Below are positions 7,857-16,057 of a stretch of 37,650 nt of DNA, one piece after another. Every line of letters begins with the position of its first letter. Position 1 is the first letter of the stretch. This DNA comes from Actinobacteria bacterium UBA7524 (GTDB lineage Bacteria; Actinomycetota; Coriobacteriia; Anaerosomatales; UBA912). A model generated the notes under the pieces. The model ran no database searches, was not told the DNA's origin, and was given only the letters and a program-made list of their open reading frames with translations. The DNA is taken from positions 1 to 37,650 of the forward strand of contig DLMY01000044.1 in the NCBI GenBank assembly GCA_002478275.1. Direction: 5' to 3'. The position numbers were made by a program, and so were the translations under genes.

Positions 7857-8807
7857 TCATGCAACCGCGCTCGCCGCCCGATGTCGCTCCAACGCCTCGA
7901 CACTTGGTCGTACACTCGCGTCTCGTGGCAGCAACAGCCGCCGCCCCTCGTACGGCTCGTACTTTGTGTCAGCCAGACTGCCCGCCAATCGAAGCCGCAT
8001 CGAGTCTGTATCAACGGCCACGAGCCCCAAGTCGAACAGATCGTGCATGTCCGCGCGCAACAGCAGTCCGTTTGCAGGATGGTTCGTCTGCGGCCCTCGG
8101 TACGGAACAATGTGTGCCGCTTCGAGAGCGGGCGGTGCGTCATAACCCGTCATCGCACAACGACCCTCGTAAGCACGCAGCAGCGCTCTGCGGAAACGAG
8201 GTGCGCCCTGTCGCCGCTTGACCTCGGCCAGCACCGTGAGCCGGTTGTCTTGATCCGCATCTGGATCGAAATCACCCAGAGGCAGTCCCACAAGGCTGGC
8301 CGCGACAACATCCCCCTGCTCCATGCCCACGTCTGCTCCAAGAACGGCACCGATTGAAACTGGTCCAACAAGCTGGAAATACCCGAAGTCATGGCCCATC
8401 ACCAGCGCGAGCCCAAGCACCTGATACCCACGACCATCCACGGCCGGTATCACAACACCAACGGGCACCCCGTCATCGCGGCATCGGGCAAGTGCTGTGT
8501 TCGCAAAATGACGAGAGGGATCCTTCAGATCTTCTGGCGACTTACCCTGCTGATGGTAGTAATACGTCCACGTGTCCTCGGACTCGTTGGGAATCGGGTC
8601 GAAGTCCGCGTAGATTCCCTTGTGCGTCTGAACAACGCTTACCGCATACGGTGTCGCTGCTGGCTTCCAGATGCCCTTCTGCAGCGAGGTCACCTTGATC
8701 GGCAGTCCGACATCGAACGGTCGACGGGCAAACGTGCGCCCCGCGTTGGCCTCGAACCACTCCAACGCTTGTCTGTGCCAGCTCGGAAGTTGATACAAGA
8801 CCGACAC
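7857..8807 (-). CDS. HNH endonuclease with putative SRA/PUA-like N-terminal domain (type IV restriction-like)
   Basis: C-terminal RQG..RFR..LL.AY.GRCAMTG...LEAAHI.PY.....NGLLLR.DMH.LFD.G; N-domain GIWKP...Y.D....TYYY...N.AL..C..DG.PVGV...Y.VLGLA recalls the SRA fold (inference). Confidence 0.8.
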   Translation of the reverse strand: MSVLYQLPSWHRQALEWFEANAGRTFARRPFDVGLPIKVTSLQKGIWKPAATPYAVSVVQTHKGIYADFDPIPNESEDTWTYYYHQQGKSPEDLKDPSRHFANTALARCRDDGVPVGVVIPAVDGRGYQVLGLALVMGHDFGYFQLVGPVSIGAVLGADVGMEQGDVVAASLVGLPLGDFDPDADQDNRLTVLAEVKRRQGAPRFRRALLRAYEGRCAMTGYDAPPALEAAHIVPYRGPQTNHPANGLLLRADMHDLFDLGLVAVDTDSMRLRLAGSLADTKYEPYEGRRLLLPRDASVRPSVEALERHRAASAVA

Positions 8808-8863
8808 TCGCGCGCATCCTCCCTTACGAATAGCATAGTCGAAAAAGGCCGCGAGGAGGGCAC

Positions 8864-9250
8864 GTGAAGCAGGTCACTGCCGCAGTAATCATCGAGGAAG
8901 GGCGGCTCTTCATTACCCGTCGTCCGCCCGGAGATCCACTTGCGGGCCTCTGGGAGTTGCCCGGGGGCAAGGTCGAGTCTGGCGAGACCCCCGAGCAATG
9001 CCTCGCGAGGGAACTGGTCGAGGAATTGAACATGGTGATTTCGGTAGGCGGCGTCGTCGCCCACACTACATACCACTACGACCACGGATCGTTCGAGATG
9101 CTCGCACTAACAGCCACTCGACTCTCGGAGTTCGAACTGCGAGCTCATGACGAGTTCGCCTGGGTTCCTCTGTCAGAGCTGGCCAGATACTCGCTGGCCC
9201 CTGCAGATGTGGAGCTGGTGCAGCAGATAATCGCTCGTCAGGCGGATTAG
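8864..9250 (+). CDS. MutT/NudG-like Nudix hydrolase
   Basis: Nudix box WELPGGKVESGETPEQCLARELVEEL; C-terminal LAPAD; GAGGAGG RBS. Confidence 0.92.
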   Translation: MKQVTAAVIIEEGRLFITRRPPGDPLAGLWELPGGKVESGETPEQCLARELVEELNMVISVGGVVAHTTYHYDHGSFEMLALTATRLSEFELRAHDEFAWVPLSELARYSLAPADVELVQQIIARQAD

Positions 9251-9323
9251 CTGAACGTATACCAGCCCAAATGAGTTCAGTGCTAGGCGTTCAAGGTCTG
9301 GTAATCCTGCGGCCAACGGGACT

Positions 9324-9788
9324 TCAGAGGTTGATCTGATACTGCGTGCGCTTAGTCCGGATCAACGGCTCCAGCTCCTCCAAGGTCAACAGCTGGTAGC
9401 CCATCGATTCAGGATGCAAACACACGAAACAGAACTTGTACCGATCACCAAGCTTGCGAGCAAGATCGAACTCGTTCTCTGTTGCCCCGAAGAAGAACCC
9501 CCTCGGCAACTCAGGAAGAAGCTTTCTCGTGGTCTTCAGTTCAATGAGACTGACGGAGTCGATCTCCTCGACGCTCAGCCCAGAGCCCACGTCGAATGGC
9601 TTCTGTACGCGCACCAGATCAAATGCGCGAGAGAAGGAGCGTGACAGTCCCAGTTCATCGAGCACCAAACGACGGGATGCTGGCGTTGGTACCCAGAGCC
9701 GCGGATCCTGGGCCATGACATAATCAATGGCCGCTTTCTCAGTGCGGTTGTTGCTCAGGGTAATCGAATAGGAGTGGTCCGAAGCCAT
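9324..9788 (-). CDS. Stand-alone PD-(D/E)xK nuclease-like protein (DUF3883-like), 154 aa
   Basis: TEKAAI..., AFDLV, LIELKTT, FFFGATENEF..A..LGDRYKFCFV pattern; ATG at 9788. Confidence 0.6.
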   Translation of the reverse strand: MASDHSYSITLSNNRTEKAAIDYVMAQDPRLWVPTPASRRLVLDELGLSRSFSRAFDLVRVQKPFDVGSGLSVEEIDSVSLIELKTTRKLLPELPRGFFFGATENEFDLARKLGDRYKFCFVCLHPESMGYQLLTLEELEPLIRTKRTQYQINL

Positions 9789-9929
9789 GCGCTCACAATC
9801 GACAGCTATGCTTCCGGGACCGATGCGCCATCCACGCAACGCAGCGGGGTTCCATTTGAAGATCGCACGGGGGACTCCATAGATCAAGATCTGGGACAAT
9901 ACCTACAACCCCCGAACAGGAGCTCCCAC

Positions 9930-10463
9930 ATGCTGCACATCACAGAAGCCACCGCCTCCGACCTCGATGACGTGCTCGCCGTCGAGCGACTGGCCTTCGG
10001 ACAGGACGAGGAGGCGGAGCTGGTCCGCGATCTCCTCGGCGATCCTACGGCGCAGCCACGGCTGTCGCTGCTGGCGCGCGAGGATGGGGAAGCGGTGGGC
10101 CACATCCTGTTCACCTCGGCGAGCATCGAAGGCGCCCCTGGCGACATCGCGGCCTCGATACTCGCGCCGCTTGCGGTGATCCCCTCGGCCCAGCGCCAGG
10201 GAGTCGGCGGCCGCCTGATCGAGCGCGGGGTCGAGCTGCTTGCCGCATCCGGCGTCGCGCTCGTCTTCGTGCTGGGGCACCTGGAGTACTACCCGCGCCA
10301 CGGCTTCGAGCCTGCGTGCCCCCACGGTCTTCGGCCGCCGTACCCTGTCGATCCCGAGGAGGCGTGGATGGTCCGCGCGCTCGCGCCGGACGTGCTCGGC
10401 AGGGTGCGTGGGCAGGTCGCGTGCGCCGAGGCGATGCGTCGACCCGAGTACTGGCGCGAGTAG
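9930..10463 (+). CDS. GNAT N-acetyltransferase (YhbS-like)
   Basis: AFG..EEAELV..L, VGHILF, LAPLAV.P..QRQGVG..LI, VFVLGH..YYPRHGF; AGGAG RBS. Confidence 0.9.
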   Translation: MLHITEATASDLDDVLAVERLAFGQDEEAELVRDLLGDPTAQPRLSLLAREDGEAVGHILFTSASIEGAPGDIAASILAPLAVIPSAQRQGVGGRLIERGVELLAASGVALVFVLGHLEYYPRHGFEPACPHGLRPPYPVDPEEAWMVRALAPDVLGRVRGQVACAEAMRRPEYWRE

Positions 10464-10631
10464 GGGGCGTTAAGAGCGGGTTCGGTCCTGGGTAAGACGC
10501 GCGACTACACTCGGTCCGTCGGGCAGATGCCAGATGCGAACCGAGGGCAGGGTCATGGGCGTGAGCGGCGAGGACGACGCCATATCGCGAGATGTCGAAG
10601 AGGGCCTTCGCGTACGCCTCTCCTGACCACC

Positions 10632-10660
10632 CGATTGTCGCGACACTGTCGCGACAATCG
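10632..10660. repeat. Perfect 29-bp odd-centred palindrome
   Basis: CGATTGTCGCGACA-C-TGTCGCGACAATCG; also a tandem of the self-palindrome TGTCGCGACA. Confidence 0.95.
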
Positions 10661-10726
10661 AGCCAGAGTCACCCCACCCGCAATACACAACCGATTCTGG
10701 GTACGAACGCCAAGGGGTGATGCACG

Positions 10727-11455
10727 ATGGAATCGATACTCGTGGTCTACGCAACGAAGTACGGCTCGACCAAGGAGGTCGCCGAGGCGATTGCAGAGAC
10801 CCTGCGAACTCACGGCCTCGAAGTCGACGTACGTGCGGCGGGCGACCCAGTCGACCCGAGCGATTACTCGGCGGTGGTGGTCGGGGGTGCGTTCTACTAC
10901 TTCCGCTGGCTCAAAGCCGCGCACAAGTTCATCCGCAGCCACCGCGGCGCGCTCGAAACGCTGCCGGTGGCCGTCTTCGGCATGGGGCCATGGAGCGAGG
11001 ATCCCGCCAAATTCGCCGAGGAACTCTCTGACGTTCGCACGCATCTCGACAAGGCGCTCGCGAAGCACGAGTGGTTGGCGCCCGTCGCGGCTACGGTGTT
11101 CGGCGGGGCGTTCTTCCCCGACAGACTCAAGTTCCCCGACAACAATCCTGCGATGCGACAGATACCCACGGCAGATGCCCGCGATTGGGAGACCATCCGG
11201 GCGTGGGCCGAAAGCCTGCCCGCCGCGTTCGGGCTCGAACCCTCGGGCACAGGCGGCTCTGAAACTTACATCGTCGGGCCACTCGATGCCGACCAGGCCC
11301 GCGTAGAACGCTCCGAACGCATCGAAACGGCGATCAGCAAGATGCGTGAGGCTGCCGAGCACATGCCTGAGGGCACCGACGAAACGCCCGTCATCCGCCG
11401 TTTTCGGGACGCGCCAGAACCCTGGGTCACACCGAGCGCGGAGGAAGACGAATGA
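10727..11455 (+). CDS. HemG-like flavodoxin (Flavodoxin_5) with an extra ~65-aa C-terminal tail
   Basis: ILVVYATKYGSTKEVAEAIA, YSAVVVGG..Y, PVAVF, FGG, DARDWETIRAWAESL; tail begins after about 11255. Confidence 0.85.
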   Translation: MESILVVYATKYGSTKEVAEAIAETLRTHGLEVDVRAAGDPVDPSDYSAVVVGGAFYYFRWLKAAHKFIRSHRGALETLPVAVFGMGPWSEDPAKFAEELSDVRTHLDKALAKHEWLAPVAATVFGGAFFPDRLKFPDNNPAMRQIPTADARDWETIRAWAESLPAAFGLEPSGTGGSETYIVGPLDADQARVERSERIETAISKMREAAEHMPEGTDETPVIRRFRDAPEPWVTPSAEEDE

Positions 11456-11495
11456 GCGACACCGTCCGCCCTGCGATCAAGCTGCTGGCGTAGCC

Positions 11496-12110
11496 ATGAC
11501 GCCCACCTTCCGCATCGTGCGTGGCATCCCGCCCGAGCTTGTCGACGCGACCGCAGAGCTGCTCTACGAGGCGTTCGAGCAGAAGATCGCCCACGAACTC
11601 AGGCCCGACACCCCCGAACAGGCGCTGCGGCTCATCGCACGAAGCCTCGACCCGACCCTCGGCTGGATGGCGGTCGACGAGAGCGGATCTCTCCTCGGCG
11701 TAGCGGGGGTCGCATGGCGCGGACGCCACTTCTCGCTAATGACGTACCGCCTGCTCGCCGAGGAGTTCGGCGCGATCGGCGCACTTCGCAGGTGGCTGCT
11801 CGCGACACTGGAGCGGGTCGTGTCCCGGCCGAGGAGACATCAGTGGCGCATCGAAGCCCTCGCGGTGGGCGCGCAGGCGCGCGGCAAGGGCATCGGTACG
11901 GCGCTTCTAAACGCGGTGATCGAGGATGCGCGGCAAGCGGGCATGCGCTCGGTGGGCCTGGAGGTGGTCGACGTCAACGACCGCGCGCTACAGCTCTACG
12001 AGCGCGTGGGGTTCCGGTCCGTCGCCAACCTGCGCACTGGCTGGCTGACCGCAGGCGGAGGGTATCGCGCAGTGCGCTTCATGCGGATCGAACTCGACGA
12101 GCGACACTGA
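11496..12110 (+). CDS. GNAT acetyltransferase
   Basis: IEALAV...ARGKGIGTALL, VGLEVVDVN.RA..LYERVGF. Confidence 0.88.
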   Translation: MTPTFRIVRGIPPELVDATAELLYEAFEQKIAHELRPDTPEQALRLIARSLDPTLGWMAVDESGSLLGVAGVAWRGRHFSLMTYRLLAEEFGAIGALRRWLLATLERVVSRPRRHQWRIEALAVGAQARGKGIGTALLNAVIEDARQAGMRSVGLEVVDVNDRALQLYERVGFRSVANLRTGWLTAGGGYRAVRFMRIELDERH

Positions 12111-12196
12111 CCCTCCCCGCGACACCGCGCGTGCTATCGTATGCAGGTTGACCGGCATCTCATGCATATCGGCCGGCAGTCACGAGAAGAGCACCG

Positions 12197-13447
12197 ATGT
12201 TGTACCGAAGAAACCTCATGCGCGTCGTTGCCGCCCGGTTCCTGTCACGCGCCGGCAGCGAGGCCGCGTTCTTCATAGGCGTGTGGGGCAAGGCCGCGTT
12301 CGAGCTCCAGGCGACCGCCACGCAGCTCGCCGTGGTCATGTTCGCGCTCAGCATGGCGCTCATCATCGGTAGCGCCGCAGGAGGCGTGCTCGTCGACCGC
12401 TACGGGCCCAAGAACGTCCTCATCTACTCGCACGTGCTGTTCGTACCCGCGGCCCTGGCCGTCGTGCTCGCCGATTCCATCCCGCGCCTCGTGGTGCTCG
12501 CGGGCATCTGGGGCCTCGTCGGAGCCCCCGTGCTGACCGCCGGCGCGTCGTTCGCCCCCTTCCTGACCTCACATGCCGAGGAGCTCAAGAGAGCCAACGC
12601 GCTCATCGAAGGCGCGGGTTCGGCAGCGTTCGTGCTGGGTCCCGCACTCGGCGCGATAATCGCGCGCTACGCGACAGTGGACCTCGTGTTCTACGTCGAC
12701 GCCGGCGCCTCGGTCGTAGCTGCGATCATCGCCTGGAGCATCGTGCTACCCCCTCACGTGCCCTCCCCGAAGAGCGGCGGTGCGTTCGCCGAGGCCACCC
12801 GGGGTCTGCGTGTGACCTACTCGATCCCGAGCGTGCGCTTCTACGTGCTCGCCGGAACCACCGTATGGCTGGGCTTCGGCGTGTTCGGCGCGCTCGAACC
12901 GCTCTTTTTCCGCGACGTGGTCGGCGTGGGCGTGGAGATGATCGGGTGGATGAACTCGCTCGTAGGACTCGGCTTCGTCCTCGGGGCGTTCGCGTTCGAC
13001 CGGCTACCAGGCTCGACCGTCTCGGCCAAGGCTCTGACGCTCAGTATCGGCGCGATCGGCCTGGGCGCAGTCCTGTACGTGCTCACCCCGCGCATCGCCG
13101 TCATCGCGATGGGCGCACTCGCACTCGGAACGGCGGCCGGTGTGTTCTCGCCGCTCCAACGCACCCTCATCCACCGGGACACGCCGCACGAGTACCTCGG
13201 CCGCGTGATCGGCGCTTCGGAGGTGCACCATCGCGGCGGCGAGCTGTTGCCGCTCGCGTTCGCACCACTGCTCGCGGCGACGTTCGGGGTTCAGCCGACG
13301 CTCATCGCCGGCGGCCTAGGCATGGTCGTCATCGCGCTGGCCGCGCTGATGGCCGCAACGCGCCTCGACCGCGCGATGCCACCGGGACCGGTCGAGCTCG
13401 CTCACGCGAGCGTCACCACCGACGAGCCGATCTCACCGAACCCGTAG
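12197..13447 (+). CDS. MFS transporter (probable efflux)
   Basis: About 12 hydrophobic segments; motif A GGVLVDRYGPK; VLGPALG; P.EYLGRV.G. Confidence 0.9.
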   Translation: MLYRRNLMRVVAARFLSRAGSEAAFFIGVWGKAAFELQATATQLAVVMFALSMALIIGSAAGGVLVDRYGPKNVLIYSHVLFVPAALAVVLADSIPRLVVLAGIWGLVGAPVLTAGASFAPFLTSHAEELKRANALIEGAGSAAFVLGPALGAIIARYATVDLVFYVDAGASVVAAIIAWSIVLPPHVPSPKSGGAFAEATRGLRVTYSIPSVRFYVLAGTTVWLGFGVFGALEPLFFRDVVGVGVEMIGWMNSLVGLGFVLGAFAFDRLPGSTVSAKALTLSIGAIGLGAVLYVLTPRIAVIAMGALALGTAAGVFSPLQRTLIHRDTPHEYLGRVIGASEVHHRGGELLPLAFAPLLAATFGVQPTLIAGGLGMVVIALAALMAATRLDRAMPPGPVELAHASVTTDEPISPNP

Positions 13448-13469
13448 CACCCGCCCAACCTCAACCGCG

Positions 13470-13883
13470 TCAGGGACCTGCGCCGAGAATGACCGCTCCG
13501 TCGAATCGCGCGTGCGCCCGCGCGTCCGTCGAATACAGCGTCGCTCCCAGGCGGTCGGCGAGCGCCGGCGCCAACGCGTCGTAGAACGAACAGCCCAGTA
13601 AGCGGCACTGGCCGAACGAGTCGGCGGCGAGTGTATCGTCGAGCCCGATCACTGTGAGGTCGGCGTTCCGCAGGCCCGCCCACGTGAGTTCACCCAGCCT
13701 GGGCCCTCCGTGCCTCACGGCGACGCCGACCACCTCGTGCACGAAATGTGTGGCAACGACCAGCCTGATGCGGCCCTCGCGGTGCTCTTCGAGCAGGGCG
13801 AGCGCCTCTTCCCGTCCCGGCTCGGGCTTGATCCATTTCACACCGACCGAGGAATCCAAGACCGCGAATCCACGCTCATTCAT
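13470..13883 (-). CDS. vapC: PIN-domain toxin (VapC family), paralog of 3527-3931
   Basis: VLDSSVGVKW..EPG, HEV, SFYDAL..ALA, LYSTD.RAH. Confidence 0.9.
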   Translation of the reverse strand: MNERGFAVLDSSVGVKWIKPEPGREEALALLEEHREGRIRLVVATHFVHEVVGVAVRHGGPRLGELTWAGLRNADLTVIGLDDTLAADSFGQCRLLGCSFYDALAPALADRLGATLYSTDARAHARFDGAVILGAGP

Positions 13884-14211
13884 CGGAAGCGCCCATGTCC
13901 CGGTCGACCCACTCACCAGCGGGGCCGGTCACATCGTCAACGCTGTCCTCAGCCCGAAGGCGGCGCAAGTGCTCGAGAGAGGTCAGACCGTCCTCGCCCC
14001 AGCTCGAAGCCACTTCCTCGAAGCCGGCAAGCGCCGAGTCGATCCGCTCCCGCCGTACGCGATCGCGTGCCGCCGCCTTACGCGAAGCGACGTAGGTGGC
14101 TGCAGCCTCCCGTATCACGGCGCTGCGCGACAGACCATCGGCGTCCGCGATCTGTTCGATGTCGTTCGCAAGGTCCTGTGGCAGTGAGATGCTGAACTTG
14201 TCGACCCCCAT
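13876..14211 (-). CDS. vapB: Ribbon-helix-helix (CopG-like) antitoxin
   Basis: KFSISLP.DL...I..IA..DGLSRSAVIREAA; overlaps the toxin start. Confidence 0.85.
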   Translation of the reverse strand: MGVDKFSISLPQDLANDIEQIADADGLSRSAVIREAAATYVASRKAAARDRVRRERIDSALAGFEEVASSWGEDGLTSLEHLRRLRAEDSVDDVTGPAGEWVDRDMGASDE

Positions 14212-14230
14212 GACTGCTCACCCGCATTCG

Positions 14231-14262
14231 GTCGTACCAGCGAGTCGTACCGATAGTACGAC
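14231..14262 (-). promoter_or_regulatory. Putative RHH operator
   Basis: GTCGTACC at 14231 and 14244 (13-bp period) plus inverted GTACGAC at 14256. Confidence 0.55.
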
Positions 14263-14301
14263 CAGTAGCGTTGCGATGCAACTTGGGGCTGGTCAGAGCA
14301 C

Positions 14302-15153
14302 TCAGTAGACCTTCGGCACGAACGTCTGCGTGTCGATCGGCGGGCGGATGTAGGCGTTGCTCGCCGGAGCACGGGGCGGCAGCTCGATGGGTTCGGGCAC
14401 GACGTCCTGGTAGGGTATCTGCGTGAGCAGGTGGTGGATGCAGTTGAGACGGGCGCGCTTCTTCTCCTCGCCGTCGACCACCCACCACGGGCACTCCTTG
14501 GTGTCGGTGTACTTGAACATCTCGTCTTTGGCGCGGGAGTACTCCTCCCACCTGTCACGACCCTCGATGTCCATCTCGGAGAGCTTCCAGAACTTCGCCG
14601 GGTTGTTGATGCGGTCGCGAAAGCGGCGGTCCTGTTCCTCGTCGGAGACTGAGAACCAGTACTTGATCACCACGATGCCGCTGCGAACCAGCATGCGCTC
14701 GAACTCGGGGCAGTCGCGGAAGAACTCGGCCACCTGCTCCTCTGTGCAAAACCCCATGACCCGCTCGACGCCGGCGCGGTTGTACCACGAGCGGTCGAAC
14801 ACCACGATCTCACCGGCCGCGGGCAGGTGGGAGATGTAGCGCTGGAAGTACCACTGCGAGTCCTCGCGCTCGGTCGGCGCCGGCAGAGCGACGACGCGGC
14901 AGACGCGAGGATTGAGAGCCTCGGTGATCCGCTTGATCGCCCCGCCCTTGCCGGCGGCGTCGCGTCCCTCGAACACCACGACCACCTTGAGGCCCTTGAG
15001 CTTGACCCACTCCTGCAGCTTCACGAGCTCGATCTGGAGTCTGGAAAGTTCCTCGAAGTAGAAGGACTTGTCGAGTTTGCCGCGCTTGCGTTCCTCGACA
15101 TCTGCAGCGACGAACTGCGCGGGCGCGCCTTCGGCCTTGGGGTTTTTCGACAT
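14302..15153 (-). CDS. ppk2: Polyphosphate kinase 2
   Basis: FEGRDAAGKGG P-loop, QWYFQRY, FDRSWYNRAGVERVMGFC, KKRARLNCI. Confidence 0.97.
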   Translation of the reverse strand: MSKNPKAEGAPAQFVAADVEERKRGKLDKSFYFEELSRLQIELVKLQEWVKLKGLKVVVVFEGRDAAGKGGAIKRITEALNPRVCRVVALPAPTEREDSQWYFQRYISHLPAAGEIVVFDRSWYNRAGVERVMGFCTEEQVAEFFRDCPEFERMLVRSGIVVIKYWFSVSDEEQDRRFRDRINNPAKFWKLSEMDIEGRDRWEEYSRAKDEMFKYTDTKECPWWVVDGEEKKRARLNCIHHLLTQIPYQDVVPEPIELPPRAPASNAYIRPPIDTQTFVPKVY

Positions 15154-15317
15154 CGAGGCCCTCCTCGGCGAATCGGGACACTGGTGTGTTCGTTCCCTCT
15201 ATCGGTCATCGTAGCAGCGAAAGCAAGGGGCCGGGGCGGGGAAACGGGTAGATAGTCACCGAGCGCGCGCGACCGGGGTGGCGCGTGGCCGGGCGGCGCC
15301 GACAAACGAGGGACCTC

Positions 15318-15479
15318 ATGGCGAAAGACAAGGGCGGCGCGAAGAAGTCCGGCAAGAAGGACTCCGCGCCCGTGTGCGCGATGTGCAAGAACTACCGGCC
15401 GGGCAAGAAGATGTGCGCCAAGCGCGACAAGAAGCGCGCGCCTGACGACAAGGCATGCGACAGCTTCAAGCGCCGCTGA
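15318..15479 (+). CDS. Small Lys-rich four-Cys protein, 53 aa
   Basis: GAGGGA RBS before ATG; Lys codons are AAG-dominated; CxxC-x9-C-x13-C. Confidence 0.7.
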   Translation: MAKDKGGAKKSGKKDSAPVCAMCKNYRPGKKMCAKRDKKRAPDDKACDSFKRR

Positions 15480-15546
15480 CACGCGACCGGCGCCGCGCGG
15501 TGCCGCTGACGCACCGCGGAACGCAACGACAACGGAAGGACCATGC

Positions 15547-16044
15547 ATGACCAACGCGACGACGAGGCTGTACTTCTACCGCCACGCCCCCGCTCTTTCG
15601 CGCTCCGAATGGGACGGGCCCGACAGCGACCGGCCGCTGAGCGACGACGGCATCGCGACGGCGCGGCGTGTGTCGAAGGCGATCGCGAAGATGCACCTCG
15701 ACATCGGCGCGATACTGGCGAGCCCGTACGCCCGCGCATGGCACACCGGCGAGATCCTGGAGGAAGCCCTCGGCTCACCGGGACTGCTTGTCGCCGAGCG
15801 TGGACTCGAACCCTCGGCGTTCGACATCGCCGCCCTCGATCGGATGCTTGCCGCGCACCCCGACGCGCCATCGCTCATGCTGATCGGCCACGAGCCGTCG
15901 ATGACCGAGGTCATGAGTGACGTGATCGGCGGAGGAGAGCTCGTCCTCAAGAAGGCCGGATTCGCGCGCATCGACCTGGCGTACGGCGCCTCGCACGCCA
16001 CCGGGATGCTGCGCTGGCTGATGCCGCCGCGGCTGTTGGGGTAG
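15547..16044 (+). CDS. sixA: Phosphohistidine phosphatase SixA
   Basis: LYFYRHA, DSDRPLS..G, SPY.RA..T, LIGHEP, LKKAG. Confidence 0.9.
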   Translation: MTNATTRLYFYRHAPALSRSEWDGPDSDRPLSDDGIATARRVSKAIAKMHLDIGAILASPYARAWHTGEILEEALGSPGLLVAERGLEPSAFDIAALDRMLAAHPDAPSLMLIGHEPSMTEVMSDVIGGGELVLKKAGFARIDLAYGASHATGMLRWLMPPRLLG

Positions 16045-16057
16045 CGCCCGCCCCGCG

